From an uncultured bacterium (lineage in GTDB: Bacteria; Actinomycetota; Acidimicrobiia; Acidimicrobiales; VFJN01): a stretch of DNA of 64,000 nt. Below, piece after piece: positions 1 to 11,085 of the stretch. The notes beneath the pieces were generated by a model. That model saw only the letters and a list, made by a program, of their open reading frames with translations. It ran no database searches and was not told where the DNA came from. Each line of letters opens with the position of its first letter. Position 1 is the stretch's first letter. Made by a program: the position numbers and the translations under genes. The stretch covers positions 116,560 through 180,559 of the forward strand of contig CAVQVM010000021.1 in the NCBI GenBank assembly GCA_963717085.1. Direction: 5' to 3'.

Positions 1-641
1 TCCACCGGATCGACGCCCGCCAGGATGAGCCCGGTCATGGCGCCGGGTAGGAAGACCAGCCCCACTGCCTTGGTGCTCTCGAGCTGTGACGTGAGGGCGG
101 TCCGCAGCGCGCTGCGCACGAACGGCTTCGATGCCTGCTGCCACGGCTGCCCGAGCGCCAACCGGGCCTCGACCTCGGGGCGCCGCTCGGTGAGCTCCCC
201 GACGATGCGACGGGCGGCCACCACCACGCTGCCGATCGAGTTGCCGATCATCATGCCAGCGATGGGCACCACCGCCCGGCCGACGTTCGGATAGACGCCG
301 AGGCCGAACACGACCAGCAGGCTGATGGCCGCCGATGCGGCGATGGCCAACGCCGCGATCCGGGTGATGTCGGGGATCTCGGACGCGCGACGCCCGACCG
401 TCACGGCCGCGAAGACAACCATCGCCGCGACCCAGAGCCACGCCCAGATGACGGGTGTGTCCTCGTCGACGACCAGCAGCAACAGGTACCCCACCGCCAG
501 CAGCTGGGAGATGGCCCGGGCACACGCCCACGCGATCTCGCGCTCGAGCCGCAGCCCCTGCCACACGGACAGGCCGATGGCCACGGCCACGAGGATGAGC
601 GAGAGGGCCAGTCCACCCCATCCGATCGCGGCGTCATCCAT
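1..641 (-). CDS. fetB: FetB/YbbM-like (UPF0014) ABC iron-export permease; the 3' end runs off the window
   Basis: Not in the supplied track because it is open-ended. My own translation from the ATG at 639-641 (minus) reads MDDAAIGWGGLALSLILVAVAIGLSVWQGLRLEREIAWACARAISQLLAVGYLL...ESTKAVGLVFLPGAMTGLILAGVDP. It is polytopic and hydrophobic, and there is a 5-nt gap after the stop of the upstream ATPase. An ATPase plus UPF0014 permease is the FetAB/YbbLM arrangement. Confidence 0.6.
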   Translation of the reverse strand, partial: MDDAAIGWGGLALSLILVAVAIGLSVWQGLRLEREIAWACARAISQLLAVGYLLLLVVDEDTPVIWAWLWVAAMVVFAAVTVGRRASEIPDITRIAALAIAASAAISLLVVFGLGVYPNVGRAVVPIAGMMIGNSIGSVVVAARRIVGELTERRPEVEARLALGQPWQQASKPFVRSALRTALTSQLESTKAVGLVFLPGAMTGLILAGVDPV

Positions 642-646
642 GGGTC

Positions 647-1336
647 TCAACCACCTTCGTCCTCCTTCAGGAAACGCGCACGCTCGTCGGCGGACGCGAT
701 CCGTCCGTCGATGACCACCAGCACGTCGTCGGCCAAGCGGTCCGCCTGGCCCAGGTCGTGGGTCACCCACACCAGTGGTCGGCCCTCGGCGGCGAGATCC
801 CGGGCGGTGCGTTCCAGGCGATGGCGTGCGTCGGGATCGAGCGCGGCGGTGGGCTCGTCCATGAGCAGGACCTCGGGCCGGGTGACCAGCGTGCGGGCGA
901 GACACATGCGCTGCGACTCGCCGCCGGACAGGTCATCGGCGGACCGGTCGAGGAACGCCGGCCCCAGCCCGGCGCCGCCGAGGGCGGCGACCAGGGTGTC
1001 ATCGGTCGCCGCCGGGTCAGCCACCCGCAGGTTGTCGCGCACGGTGCCCGGGAACGGTGCCGGCCGCTGGAACACCATGCCCACCCGGCGACGCAGGGCC
1101 AGGGGGTCGATCGACGCCACCGGTTGGCCCCGGAAGCGGACCACCCCGGCGGTCGGGACTTCGAGCCGGTTGAGGAGCCGCAGGATCATGGACTTGCCCG
1201 CGCCCGACGGCCCGAGCAGGACGGTGATGCCCTCGTCGGGGACCGTGAGCGAGATGCCGCGCAGGATCGGGCGCCCGTCGATCTCCAGCGAGACGCCGTC
1301 CAGCTCGAACAACGGCGCACCCACGCGCCGGCGCAT
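647..1336 (-). CDS. fetA: ABC transporter ATP-binding protein, FetA/YbbL-like
   Basis: Walker A GPSGAGKS, signature LSGGESQR, Walker B LLMDEPTAALD. I chose the internal start MRRRVG (ATG ending at 1336). The upstream part of track ORF 647..1444 runs through the repeat element and is not coding. Confidence 0.75.
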   Translation of the reverse strand: MRRRVGAPLFELDGVSLEIDGRPILRGISLTVPDEGITVLLGPSGAGKSMILRLLNRLEVPTAGVVRFRGQPVASIDPLALRRRVGMVFQRPAPFPGTVRDNLRVADPAATDDTLVAALGGAGLGPAFLDRSADDLSGGESQRMCLARTLVTRPEVLLMDEPTAALDPDARHRLERTARDLAAEGRPLVWVTHDLGQADRLADDVLVVIDGRIASADERARFLKEDEGG

Positions 1337-1340
1337 GTTC

Positions 1341-1486
1341 TCCTCAGAGGCCGAGCGGATAGGCCCGAAAGTGGGCACGGAACCGTACGGGATTTGCAGT
1401 GTCAGCCCAAGCCACACAGCTCGGCCTCCGCCAGCGCTGACCACGGTAAGCCCAGACGACGTGCATATCAGCTCAGGTCCTCAGAC
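1341..1486 (-). repeat. MITE-like palindromic intergenic repeat, copy 1 (inverted relative to copies 2 and 3)
   Basis: It aligns by eye along its whole length with the reverse complement of 55361-55506: ggccgagcggataggc...gtacgggatttgcag...cacagctcggcctcc...cagcgctgaccacggt.agcccagacgacgtgc.tatc.gctcag. The terminal inverted repeats contain GAGCGGATAGGC. Confidence 0.8.
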
Positions 1487-2308
1487 GCGCGAGCGGTCAC
1501 CGTGGGCCGCGGTGGCACCGTCGGCCCGGTACCCATCGTCGCCGGTGCCCCGGGCCGGCGGTGCGCCCGCACGGCCCGCGGAACCACGGAACCCACTGCG
1601 CACGCGCTCGCCCGGCGGCGAGTACTTGAGGATGCACCAGACCGCCCGGACGCCGTCGCGCCACCCGATCTTCTTGCCCTCCGCGTAGGTGCGCCCGCGG
1701 TAGCTGATCCCCACCTCGTACACCCGCCATTCCGGGTGGGCGGCGACCTTGGCCGTGACCTCGGGCTCGACACCGAACCGATCCTCCTCGAGGTCAATGG
1801 CCTGGATGACCTCGCGGCGGAACACCTTGTAGCAGGTCTCCATATCGGTGAGGTTCAGGTTGGTGAAGACGTTGGACAGGGTGGTGAGGAACCGGTTCCC
1901 CACCGAGTGCCAGAAGTAGAGCACCCGGTGCGGATGGCTGGAGATGAACCGTGACCCGAAGACGACGTCGGCGTCGTCGCCGAGAAGGGGCTGGACCAGC
2001 GCCCCGTACTCGCCGGGGTCGTACTCGAGGTCGGCATCCTGGACGATCACCAGCGGCGCGGTCGCTTCGGCGAATCCCCGACGCAGCGCGGCCCCCTTGC
2101 CCTGGTTGTAGGGCTGGAGCACCACACGCACGCGGGGTTCGGCGAGGCCCGCCAGGACATCGCGCGTGCCGTCGGTGGACCCGTCGTCGACGATGATGAC
2201 CTCGACCGTCCACGGCGAGGCGAGCACCCGCGCCACTACGGCCGCCACCGTGTCGCGCTCGTTGTAGCAGGGGATGACGACCGAGAGGCAGGCCTGGGTG
2301 TCGGGCAT
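1481..2308 (-). CDS. Glycosyltransferase family 2, DPM1/polyprenol-phosphate sugar synthase-like
   Basis: [28 protein letters not shown] (DxD) and a GT-A fold pattern. The start is the ATG at 2306-2308 ([11 protein letters not shown]). Confidence 0.8.
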   Translation of the reverse strand: MPDTQACLSVVIPCYNERDTVAAVVARVLASPWTVEVIIVDDGSTDGTRDVLAGLAEPRVRVVLQPYNQGKGAALRRGFAEATAPLVIVQDADLEYDPGEYGALVQPLLGDDADVVFGSRFISSHPHRVLYFWHSVGNRFLTTLSNVFTNLNLTDMETCYKVFRREVIQAIDLEEDRFGVEPEVTAKVAAHPEWRVYEVGISYRGRTYAEGKKIGWRDGVRAVWCILKYSPPGERVRSGFRGSAGRAGAPPARGTGDDGYRADGATAAHGDRSRV

Positions 2309-2487
2309 GCGCGGGTCCTTTGCTGCGGGATCGACGGGGCATCCTACGGGCGGACAGGCTTCGTCGCCCGGCATCAGCTTCCCTAGGCTGCAAACGTGAG
2401 CGAGCGTCAGCGAGCGAACCAGGGACACAGTGCCCTAGCGCCGCGAAGCGGCGATGCGGTCAGTGGCGGCGCCCGGAGGGCGCGCCA

Positions 2488-4638
<2,151 letters not shown>

Positions 4639-4651
4639 CGACGAGGGCCCA

Positions 4652-6412
4652 CTAGGACTGGTCGTCGCCGACGAACCCGACCGACGACCCGCTCGGTCCC
4701 CCGCTGGGCGGGGGCGGATCGAGCGCGAAGACCCGGGTGGTGCGGCCCTCGACCCTCACCTCGTGCACCAGGCGCAGCCCGGGCATCCGGTCGGTGGTCC
4801 GGAGCGGCGCCAGCTGGGGACGCAACCGCACGGCCGTGTACCAGTCGACGACCAGGTAGCCGGCGCCGTAGTGGCGGGCGTAGCGCAGGATCTGGTCGAC
4901 GCTGGCGTAGGGGATCGCCATGGTCTGCCGCTCGGCGTAGTAGTCGACGACCATGCTGCGCGTCATGACGCGGTCGCCGGGCCGGGTGTTGGCGGCGATC
5001 CACTCGCCGGCCGCGCGCTGGTCGCCGTGCTCCGACGGGTGCCACCAACCGGCGGCCTCGCTGTGGAACGCCTGCACCGACGACAGTGCCAGCAGCGCTA
5101 CCACCGCGAGCATCACGGGCCGCCGCCAGGCGACCGACAGCGCCGCGATCGCGGCACCGACGAGCGGCGTCGCGAGCGCCACAGCGACGATGAGGTAGCG
5201 GGGTTGGACGAAGAACGCCAGCGCGGTCGCCACCGGCAACGCACCGACTGCCAGCAACAGGCGGACCACCCCCGACCGGCGGTGGCGCCAGGCACCGAAC
5301 GCCGCCAGCCCCCACAGGGGGAGGGGCAGCAACAGCCACGAGAGCCGCTGGTCGGTGACCGGGTTGGTGATGGACGCGACCAGCTCGCCAGCGTTGGTGC
5401 GGACGATGCCGAGGTAGCCGGCCGGGTCTTCGCGGGCCAGCGTCGCCAACGACGATCGCCCGGCGGCGAAGTGGAGGCCCGTCTCGTCCAGCGCGTACAG
5501 CACGGAGTCGCGCCGCTCACGGTCCGCCCGCGCCACGGCGTCCCAGGCCTCGATCGAGGCATCCTGGGTCTTGGCGCTGAGCTGCCACTGGCCGGTGTTG
5601 TCGTGCAGGTACATCGCGTACGGCACGATGCACACGACGACCGGCAGCAAGAAGACCGCCAGCAATGGCGCGCCCGCCCGGAGGCCCCGGACGTCGAGCC
5701 TCCGCAGCCGGGCGGCCTGGCCCGGGGGACGCACCGCGAGGACGAGCACCGCGATCCCGAGCGGGACCGCCATGAACAGTCCCTCGGGCCTGGTCAGGTA
5801 CGCGAGCCCGACCATGACACCCGCGCCGAACACGCGCCATGCGCGGGCGCGTGCCACATGGTCGACCGCGGACACCACCAACCAGACCGCGCCGACGACC
5901 AGGAGCGTGTACTCCGCCTCCGAGCCCGCACCGCGGTTGACGATGGTCGTCGACAGGCCCGGTCCGAGGGCGGCTACCCAGGCGGTGGCGATGCCGGCGG
6001 TGTGGCCTCCGATCCGCCGACCCAGCAGCGCCAGCGGGACGATGAGTGCCGTGCTCGACAGGCACGTCAGGACCACGGTGCCGGTGTGGGGGTCAGACGC
6101 CACCTGGCTCGCGAGCCCGAGCAGGAACGGCACGAACGGCGGGAAGTGCAGCTCAGGGCTGCCGTCACGCTGGTAGCCGTCGCCCTCGACCAGGGACACG
6201 CCAGAGCGCAGGTAGGCGGTCTCGTCGGTGGCGGGTGCGTCGTCGGTCAGGCCGATCGCGACGCGGAGGGCGAACCCGACCACCACGGCCGCGACGACCA
6301 TGAGCACGAACCGCGTCCGCCGTGACGGGGTCGGGGCAGGAGAAACGCTGCCGGTCGATGGGGGGGAGGCCGCCGGCGACGTATCGCCCGGCGATGCGAC
6401 GGTGGTGGCCAT
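4652..6412 (-). CDS. GT-C fold membrane glycosyltransferase (PMT_2/ArnT/GT39-like)
   Basis: It has many predicted TM helices, and the first-loop motif TDETAYLRSG resembles the DE..Y motif of ArnT/PMT enzymes. There is a large C-terminal soluble part. I chose the start MATTVASPG because the upstream gene ends at 6427. Confidence 0.65.
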   Translation of the reverse strand: MATTVASPGDTSPAASPPSTGSVSPAPTPSRRTRFVLMVVAAVVVGFALRVAIGLTDDAPATDETAYLRSGVSLVEGDGYQRDGSPELHFPPFVPFLLGLASQVASDPHTGTVVLTCLSSTALIVPLALLGRRIGGHTAGIATAWVAALGPGLSTTIVNRGAGSEAEYTLLVVGAVWLVVSAVDHVARARAWRVFGAGVMVGLAYLTRPEGLFMAVPLGIAVLVLAVRPPGQAARLRRLDVRGLRAGAPLLAVFLLPVVVCIVPYAMYLHDNTGQWQLSAKTQDASIEAWDAVARADRERRDSVLYALDETGLHFAAGRSSLATLAREDPAGYLGIVRTNAGELVASITNPVTDQRLSWLLLPLPLWGLAAFGAWRHRRSGVVRLLLAVGALPVATALAFFVQPRYLIVAVALATPLVGAAIAALSVAWRRPVMLAVVALLALSSVQAFHSEAAGWWHPSEHGDQRAAGEWIAANTRPGDRVMTRSMVVDYYAERQTMAIPYASVDQILRYARHYGAGYLVVDWYTAVRLRPQLAPLRTTDRMPGLRLVHEVRVEGRTTRVFALDPPPPSGGPSGSSVGFVGDDQS

Positions 6413-6426
6413 CCCCCGCCTCGGCG

Positions 6427-7098
6427 TTACGCCTGCCGGGCCGGGACGACGGGAACCGCCGCTGGCATGGCGTCCGGGCCGCGGCCATTGCGGCGGGCAC
6501 CGCGTGGCCGCGCCTCGATCATCGTCCACGGGAAAGGCGTGCTCACGCTCAGAACTTCGAGCTGTGAACCCACGAGCTCGGCGAACCCCCGCCGCGACCA
6601 GTGCTGAACGTGGCCCGGCGTGTTGCCGAGGTCGGAAAGGTACTTACCGCGAGCCATGTTGGCGACTCGCCAGATTGGCTCGCGGGGCACGGATAGCACC
6701 AGTCGGTCGCGACTGACGCGCACGAGTTCGGCGAGTGCGGTGGGAGGGTCGTCCACGTGCTCCAGCACCTCGATGGCCATCACGAGGTCGAACGTCAGGG
6801 CTGGGAACGGCAGCCGGACGGTGTCGGCGAAGGCGCCGACGAACCCGCGGTGGCGCCAACCGGAGGCGAGTGCTTCGTCATGCAGGTCAATGCCCACGAT
6901 GTGCGCATCCGGGTAGAGGGACCGCAGCTTGGAGCTGATCTCGCCCTCACCCACCCCGACCTCCAGCACGGTCGCCGGGTGCTCACGGGGAAGCACATCC
7001 GCCAGCGCGCCGAAGAAGCCCGTCATGAGGCGACGCTCGATTGGGTTCCTCGACCGGTACTTGTCGTAGGTGTTGCCCGTCGGGACCCTGGTGGACAC
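6427..7098 (-). CDS. Class I SAM-dependent methyltransferase
   Basis: Motif I VLEVGVGEG; later FDLVMAIEVLEHVDDP. The start is uncertain (GTG at 7096-7098 giving VSTRVPTGNTYDKYRSRNP, or ATG at 7170). Confidence 0.75.
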   Translation of the reverse strand: MSTRVPTGNTYDKYRSRNPIERRLMTGFFGALADVLPREHPATVLEVGVGEGEISSKLRSLYPDAHIVGIDLHDEALASGWRHRGFVGAFADTVRLPFPALTFDLVMAIEVLEHVDDPPTALAELVRVSRDRLVLSVPREPIWRVANMARGKYLSDLGNTPGHVQHWSRRGFAELVGSQLEVLSVSTPFPWTMIEARPRGARRNGRGPDAMPAAVPVVPARQA

Positions 7099-7341
7099 GT
7101 GGTAGCTCCGGAACTCGCTTGATTTCGGGCAGCCGCCCCAGGCGACGTGTGGCGAACCGGGTTGGCCCACAACGCCGCCGCGCGACCGGCGACACTAACA
7201 CTGCCCCGATCGCAAGGCCGAGGCTGCGGGCGGGAGCCCAGTTTCACGCTCCCGACAAGTGCTGTTCCTCGTGCCGTCACCCTCGTCGACACGCGTCCCC
7301 TGGGCATCGAGTTCCTCGCGTCGCCTTTAGACTCCGCGCTC

Positions 7342-8346
7342 GTGACCGATCCGGAGCCGCTCGCGACGCGCCTTGTCGAGGGCGATCGGCGGGCGCTCGC
7401 CCGGTCGATCACGCTGGTCGAGTCGACACGCCCCGACCACCGGTCGGCAGCCGCCGCGCTCCTCGACACTGTGCTCGCCCATACCGGCGGCGCTATTCGC
7501 CTCGGCATCACCGGCACACCGGGCGCGGGCAAGTCGACACTCATCGAGGAGCTCGGCGGCAACCTCACCGCCGCGGGCCATCGAGTCGCAGTACTAGCGG
7601 TCGATCCGTCCAGTCGGCGTAGTGGTGGTTCGATCCTGGGCGACAAGACGCGCATGGAACGCCTTGCCCGCGATCCGCGTGCCTTCATCAGGCCATCGCC
7701 CTCAGGTGGGTCGGTCGGCGGCGTCGCCCGCCGCACCCGGGAGGCCGCGCTGCTGTGCGAGGCCGCTGGCTTCGATGTCATCGTCGTCGAGACCGTCGGG
7801 GTGGGACAGTCGGAGGTGGCGGTTGCGGACATGGTCGACTGTTTCTGCCTGGTCGTTGCGCCGGGCGGCGGCGATGAGCTACAGGGGATCAAGCGGGGGA
7901 TCATCGAGCTCGCCGATGTCGTCGTCGTCAACAAGGCCGACGGCGACCTGCTACCGGCGGCCCGACGAGCCATCGCCGACTACCGCCAGGCCGTCCACCT
8001 GCTGCGGCCCAAGCACGCCGGCTGGGAAGTGCCTGTGCTGGCCACATCGGCTCTCGAGGGCGCCGGGGTCGACGAAGCATGGGCTGCCGTGGAAAAGCTC
8101 GTTGCGCACCTCCGTGAGGACGACGCGCTCGACCGCCTCCGAGCCGGCCAGGCGGTGGCGTGGATGTGGGACGAGATCCGCGAACACCTCATGGATTCGT
8201 TCCGTCGGGATCCCGGGGTGGCGACGCGTTGGTCCGACGCCGAGGAGGCCGTCCGGGCCGGCCGGGTGTCCCCCGGCACCGTAGCCCGCCGCCTGCTCGA
8301 GGCCCATGGCGTCGCGCCAGGTGACCACAATGCGAGCGCCCAGTGA
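7342..8346 (+). CDS. meaB: Methylmalonyl-CoA mutase-associated GTPase MeaB (ArgK family)
   Basis: Walker A GTPGAGKST, VETVGVGQSE, NKADGD. The GTG start at 7342 gives about 334 aa, the typical MeaB length. Confidence 0.9.
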   Translation: MTDPEPLATRLVEGDRRALARSITLVESTRPDHRSAAAALLDTVLAHTGGAIRLGITGTPGAGKSTLIEELGGNLTAAGHRVAVLAVDPSSRRSGGSILGDKTRMERLARDPRAFIRPSPSGGSVGGVARRTREAALLCEAAGFDVIVVETVGVGQSEVAVADMVDCFCLVVAPGGGDELQGIKRGIIELADVVVVNKADGDLLPAARRAIADYRQAVHLLRPKHAGWEVPVLATSALEGAGVDEAWAAVEKLVAHLREDDALDRLRAGQAVAWMWDEIREHLMDSFRRDPGVATRWSDAEEAVRAGRVSPGTVARRLLEAHGVAPGDHNASAQ

Positions 8347-9287
8347 CAGACGGCCTCACAGCCAACCACAGCGGTCGCCTCGGCTCCGGCGTGCGAGCCG
8401 CAGTGCGGAGGGTCGCGAAACGTTCGTACCGCACGCTGGGGGCGGTCGGCCAGCGCTTCTTCGCTGACGACCCATTGCCCGCGTCCGCACTGCACCCCGA
8501 TCCGCTGACTCCTCCCTGGATGCCGTTCCCAGAACCGGGCGCCGGCCCCTCGCTGTGCAACATCTGCCGTTGGGAGGGCGACGCTTTCGGCGGCCGCCAA
8601 CACGTCGAGTTCTCGACCTGTCCGGCCTGCGGCAGCAATGGCCGGGACCGATTCCTGCACTGGTGCCTCCGCGAACGGATCGGGCTCCACGCGGCGCTGC
8701 GCGTGATCGAGTGCAGTCCCCGCCTCGGCCAGGCGTACCGCGAAGCCATGGCGACCTGGTTCTTCTATCGCACCAGCGACTACGACCTACGGGCCCATGC
8801 TGGCAACCTCCGACTCGACCTGCAGGCCATCGACCTGCCCGATGCGTGCATCGACGTCATGCTGTGCGCACACGTGCTCGAACACGTGCCCGATACCGAC
8901 AAGGCCCTGGCCGAGCTGCATCGGGTCATTGCCCCCGGGGGTCATCTGTTGCTGCAGGTACCCGTGCTCCAAGGCCACACCGCGCCACCGACGGAGCCGG
9001 AGTTCCACGGGGACAACACCCCGGTATTCTGGCGGTTCGGGTTCGACCTGACGGCCCGGCTGCGTGGACTGGGGTTCGTCACCGAGCTGTTGTGCACGGC
9101 CGAGCTCGCCGATGCGGTCGTGGCGGCGCAAAGTCCGTGGCACGAGTGGTCCGGTGAGTTCGATGTTCCCGACATCCTGGACGGCGCCATCATCGAGGAT
9201 CTCGTTGTGGTCGCCGATCGCACCACGTCTGCCCGGCTAGGGATCGATCCCAGCTACATGTACCTCACATGGGACTGCGCGGTGTGA
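8343..9287 (+). CDS. SAM-dependent methyltransferase (type 11-like) with an N-terminal Cys4 zinc-ribbon
   Basis: CNICRW...CPACG zinc ribbon; IDVMLCAHVLEHVPD, APGGHLLLQVP. A GTGA overlap with the meaB stop occurs at 8343-8346. High GC3 from 8343 supports the long form, with an alternative ATG at 8520. Confidence 0.7.
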   Translation: MTDGLTANHSGRLGSGVRAAVRRVAKRSYRTLGAVGQRFFADDPLPASALHPDPLTPPWMPFPEPGAGPSLCNICRWEGDAFGGRQHVEFSTCPACGSNGRDRFLHWCLRERIGLHAALRVIECSPRLGQAYREAMATWFFYRTSDYDLRAHAGNLRLDLQAIDLPDACIDVMLCAHVLEHVPDTDKALAELHRVIAPGGHLLLQVPVLQGHTAPPTEPEFHGDNTPVFWRFGFDLTARLRGLGFVTELLCTAELADAVVAAQSPWHEWSGEFDVPDILDGAIIEDLVVVADRTTSARLGIDPSYMYLTWDCAV

Positions 9288-9294
9288 TGGGGTA

Positions 9295-10686
9295 TTAGGG
9301 CTTGGGTTCGGCCAGGTACAGCGTGCGGGTACCGTTCGGAAGCCGTTGCTGCTCGTGGACGAGGAAATGCTCGGCCAGCAATTGCTCGAACGCTTCCCGC
9401 CGATAGTCGTTGAACAATCCAGGCGGCTTGTTGGCCAGCAGCCGCTTCACCTGAACGTCATCCACATGGACGAACTCAACGACGACGCGGCCGCCGAACG
9501 ACCTGAGCCATGAGACGACTTCCCCCAGAGGCACGTTGCCGGCGATCGCGACATGGTGAACGAGCGCCAACGCGAGCAGCACGTCGGGACGAACGCGGTC
9601 GACGAACGCGGCGCGCTCGCGGTTACGCCAGCCGATGCCCCCCGAGGGGTCGACGAGGTTCATAACCAAGGGAAGGATGTTCTGCTTCCCCTCCGATCGG
9701 AGCCGCCGGTAAAGCGCGTCGATCACCATCTCGTCGGCGTCGACGGCCACGACGTAGTCGGCCTGCTCCGCGGCCAACCGCGAGTACGCACCGTCGTTGG
9801 CGCCCAGATCGAGCACGAGCCCCGACTCCCCCGCCGCGAGCGCCGAGCGCACGAACGCCTGCTTGGCTGCGGCGTCGGCATCGCTGTACGAGCAGGTGTC
9901 GCGATAGTCGGACCACGTCGACCGCCGCCGTCTCAACTCGAGCCCTCCGACGAGCTTGGCCAGGTTCCTCACTGTCGCCTTGGCGACGTCGGTGGAGAAC
10001 CCCGAGGCCCTGAGCTCGGTCTTCACCCGCTCCGACCCGGTACTCACGCGCCGTTCCAGCATGCTGTGGAGCGTGACGTTGCGCAGCACACCTTTGCGCA
10101 GCCGGCGCAGTCCCGAGAACATGCCGGCCACATCCGAGGGCTTCAGACCGTCGACATCACCCCGGAGTAGCGGCTGGAACGGGACTCCCAGGTACGCCTG
10201 GATCATCAACGGGAACAGCATCGTCTGGCAGAACTGCCGGTAGCCCGGCCAGGGCCCGGATGCGGGTTCGAACGATCCCACGTCGATGAACGTCGGCCGC
10301 GACCCGAAGAACTGCACGTTGTAGGCCGTGCCGTCCTTGAGCGAGATGTTCTCGTCGAGGGCCGCCTCCAACACCTCGAGCTGCAGCGCGGCTGCTTCGC
10401 GCAACATCGCGAACGGCCACTCGTACGGATACGAGACCACCGGCACACGCTCGTGCTCGAGGACCCGCGCCCACGCGCCCCCACGGGGAGAGAGTGGAGC
10501 GTCCCCCTCGTGCTCGGTCGTGGCCACGATCTGACCCGACGCCATCAGGCGGGAGAAGAACGACGTACGCGTCAGGCGGTCGTAGTCGGCGGCGGCCGGT
10601 CCCGAGAGCCCCCGAAGGATCTTGCCGCCGGCCATGAAGACGGCACTGCCCGGATCCCGGAATGAGCCGGGCTCGTAGCTCGACAC
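9295..10686 (-). CDS. Class I SAM-dependent methyltransferase with a NoeA-like N-terminal domain
   Basis: The N-terminus SYEPGSFRDPGSAVFMAGGKILRGLS...DYDRL is typical of the NoeA-type family. Motif I is VLDLGANDGAYS. The GTG start at 10684-10686 lies 17 nt after the small upstream ORF. Confidence 0.7.
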   Translation of the reverse strand: MSSYEPGSFRDPGSAVFMAGGKILRGLSGPAAADYDRLTRTSFFSRLMASGQIVATTEHEGDAPLSPRGGAWARVLEHERVPVVSYPYEWPFAMLREAAALQLEVLEAALDENISLKDGTAYNVQFFGSRPTFIDVGSFEPASGPWPGYRQFCQTMLFPLMIQAYLGVPFQPLLRGDVDGLKPSDVAGMFSGLRRLRKGVLRNVTLHSMLERRVSTGSERVKTELRASGFSTDVAKATVRNLAKLVGGLELRRRRSTWSDYRDTCSYSDADAAAKQAFVRSALAAGESGLVLDLGANDGAYSRLAAEQADYVVAVDADEMVIDALYRRLRSEGKQNILPLVMNLVDPSGGIGWRNRERAAFVDRVRPDVLLALALVHHVAIAGNVPLGEVVSWLRSFGGRVVVEFVHVDDVQVKRLLANKPPGLFNDYRREAFEQLLAEHFLVHEQQRLPNGTRTLYLAEPKP

Positions 10687-10702
10687 CGCGACGGCGCGGC
10701 GC

Positions 10703-10900
10703 TCAGGCTTCGGTGCTCGCCGGGTCGGCCCCGGACTCGGCCTCCGATGATGTTGCCTCGGCCTCGTCGCGCTTCCGTGAAAACCTGCTCGTGACGCGGT
10801 GTCGGGCCTGCCTGATGGCGACGCCGGCGGCGGCAGCGCCACCCACGACCGCCGAGGCGATGAGGCTGCCAGAGCCCGGGTCGAGATAGCCGATCGTCAC
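10703..10900 (-). CDS. Small (65 aa) single-pass membrane protein with an acidic C-terminal tail
   Basis: GTG start preceded by AAGGAGGA (10905-10912). The sequence is MTIGYLDPGSGSLIASAVVGGAAAAGVAI followed by a basic stretch and then an acidic tail. GC3 is high, and the ORF sits directly upstream of the methyltransferase at 9295-10686. Confidence 0.6.
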   Translation of the reverse strand: MTIGYLDPGSGSLIASAVVGGAAAAGVAIRQARHRVTSRFSRKRDEAEATSSEAESGADPASTEA

Positions 10901-11085
10901 CTCAGTCCTCCTTGTGTCGCGTACACACCCCGCTGGCGACCGCCAGCGGCCGACGCGACAGATATTCGGTGGATGTTAACCAGCGGCCACCCGACCGTCA
11001 CTGGCAGGTCGGCACTGGATTACCCGGCGTTCATGTGGCGCCGCATTGTGACACACCGGAGCGCCGCGTCTGGCCAGACCTCTCG

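Noticed and set aside
2309-2487. Possible cobalamin riboswitch in the divergent spacer upstream of the B12-dependent mutase. I noticed cagtggc (the reverse complement of the GCCACTG-like core) and agggaagc.
   Set aside because: I could not find the B12 box (AGYCMGGAGACCKGCC-like) or the GGTGAAAATCC-type core on either strand. The matches are short and expected by chance. This needs cmscan to be certain.
7620-7640. tRNA T-loop-like string gtggttcgatcctggg.
   Set aside because: It lies inside the meaB coding frame (SGGSILGDK). There is no acceptor stem or anticodon arm around it. I found no tRNA or rRNA anywhere in the window.
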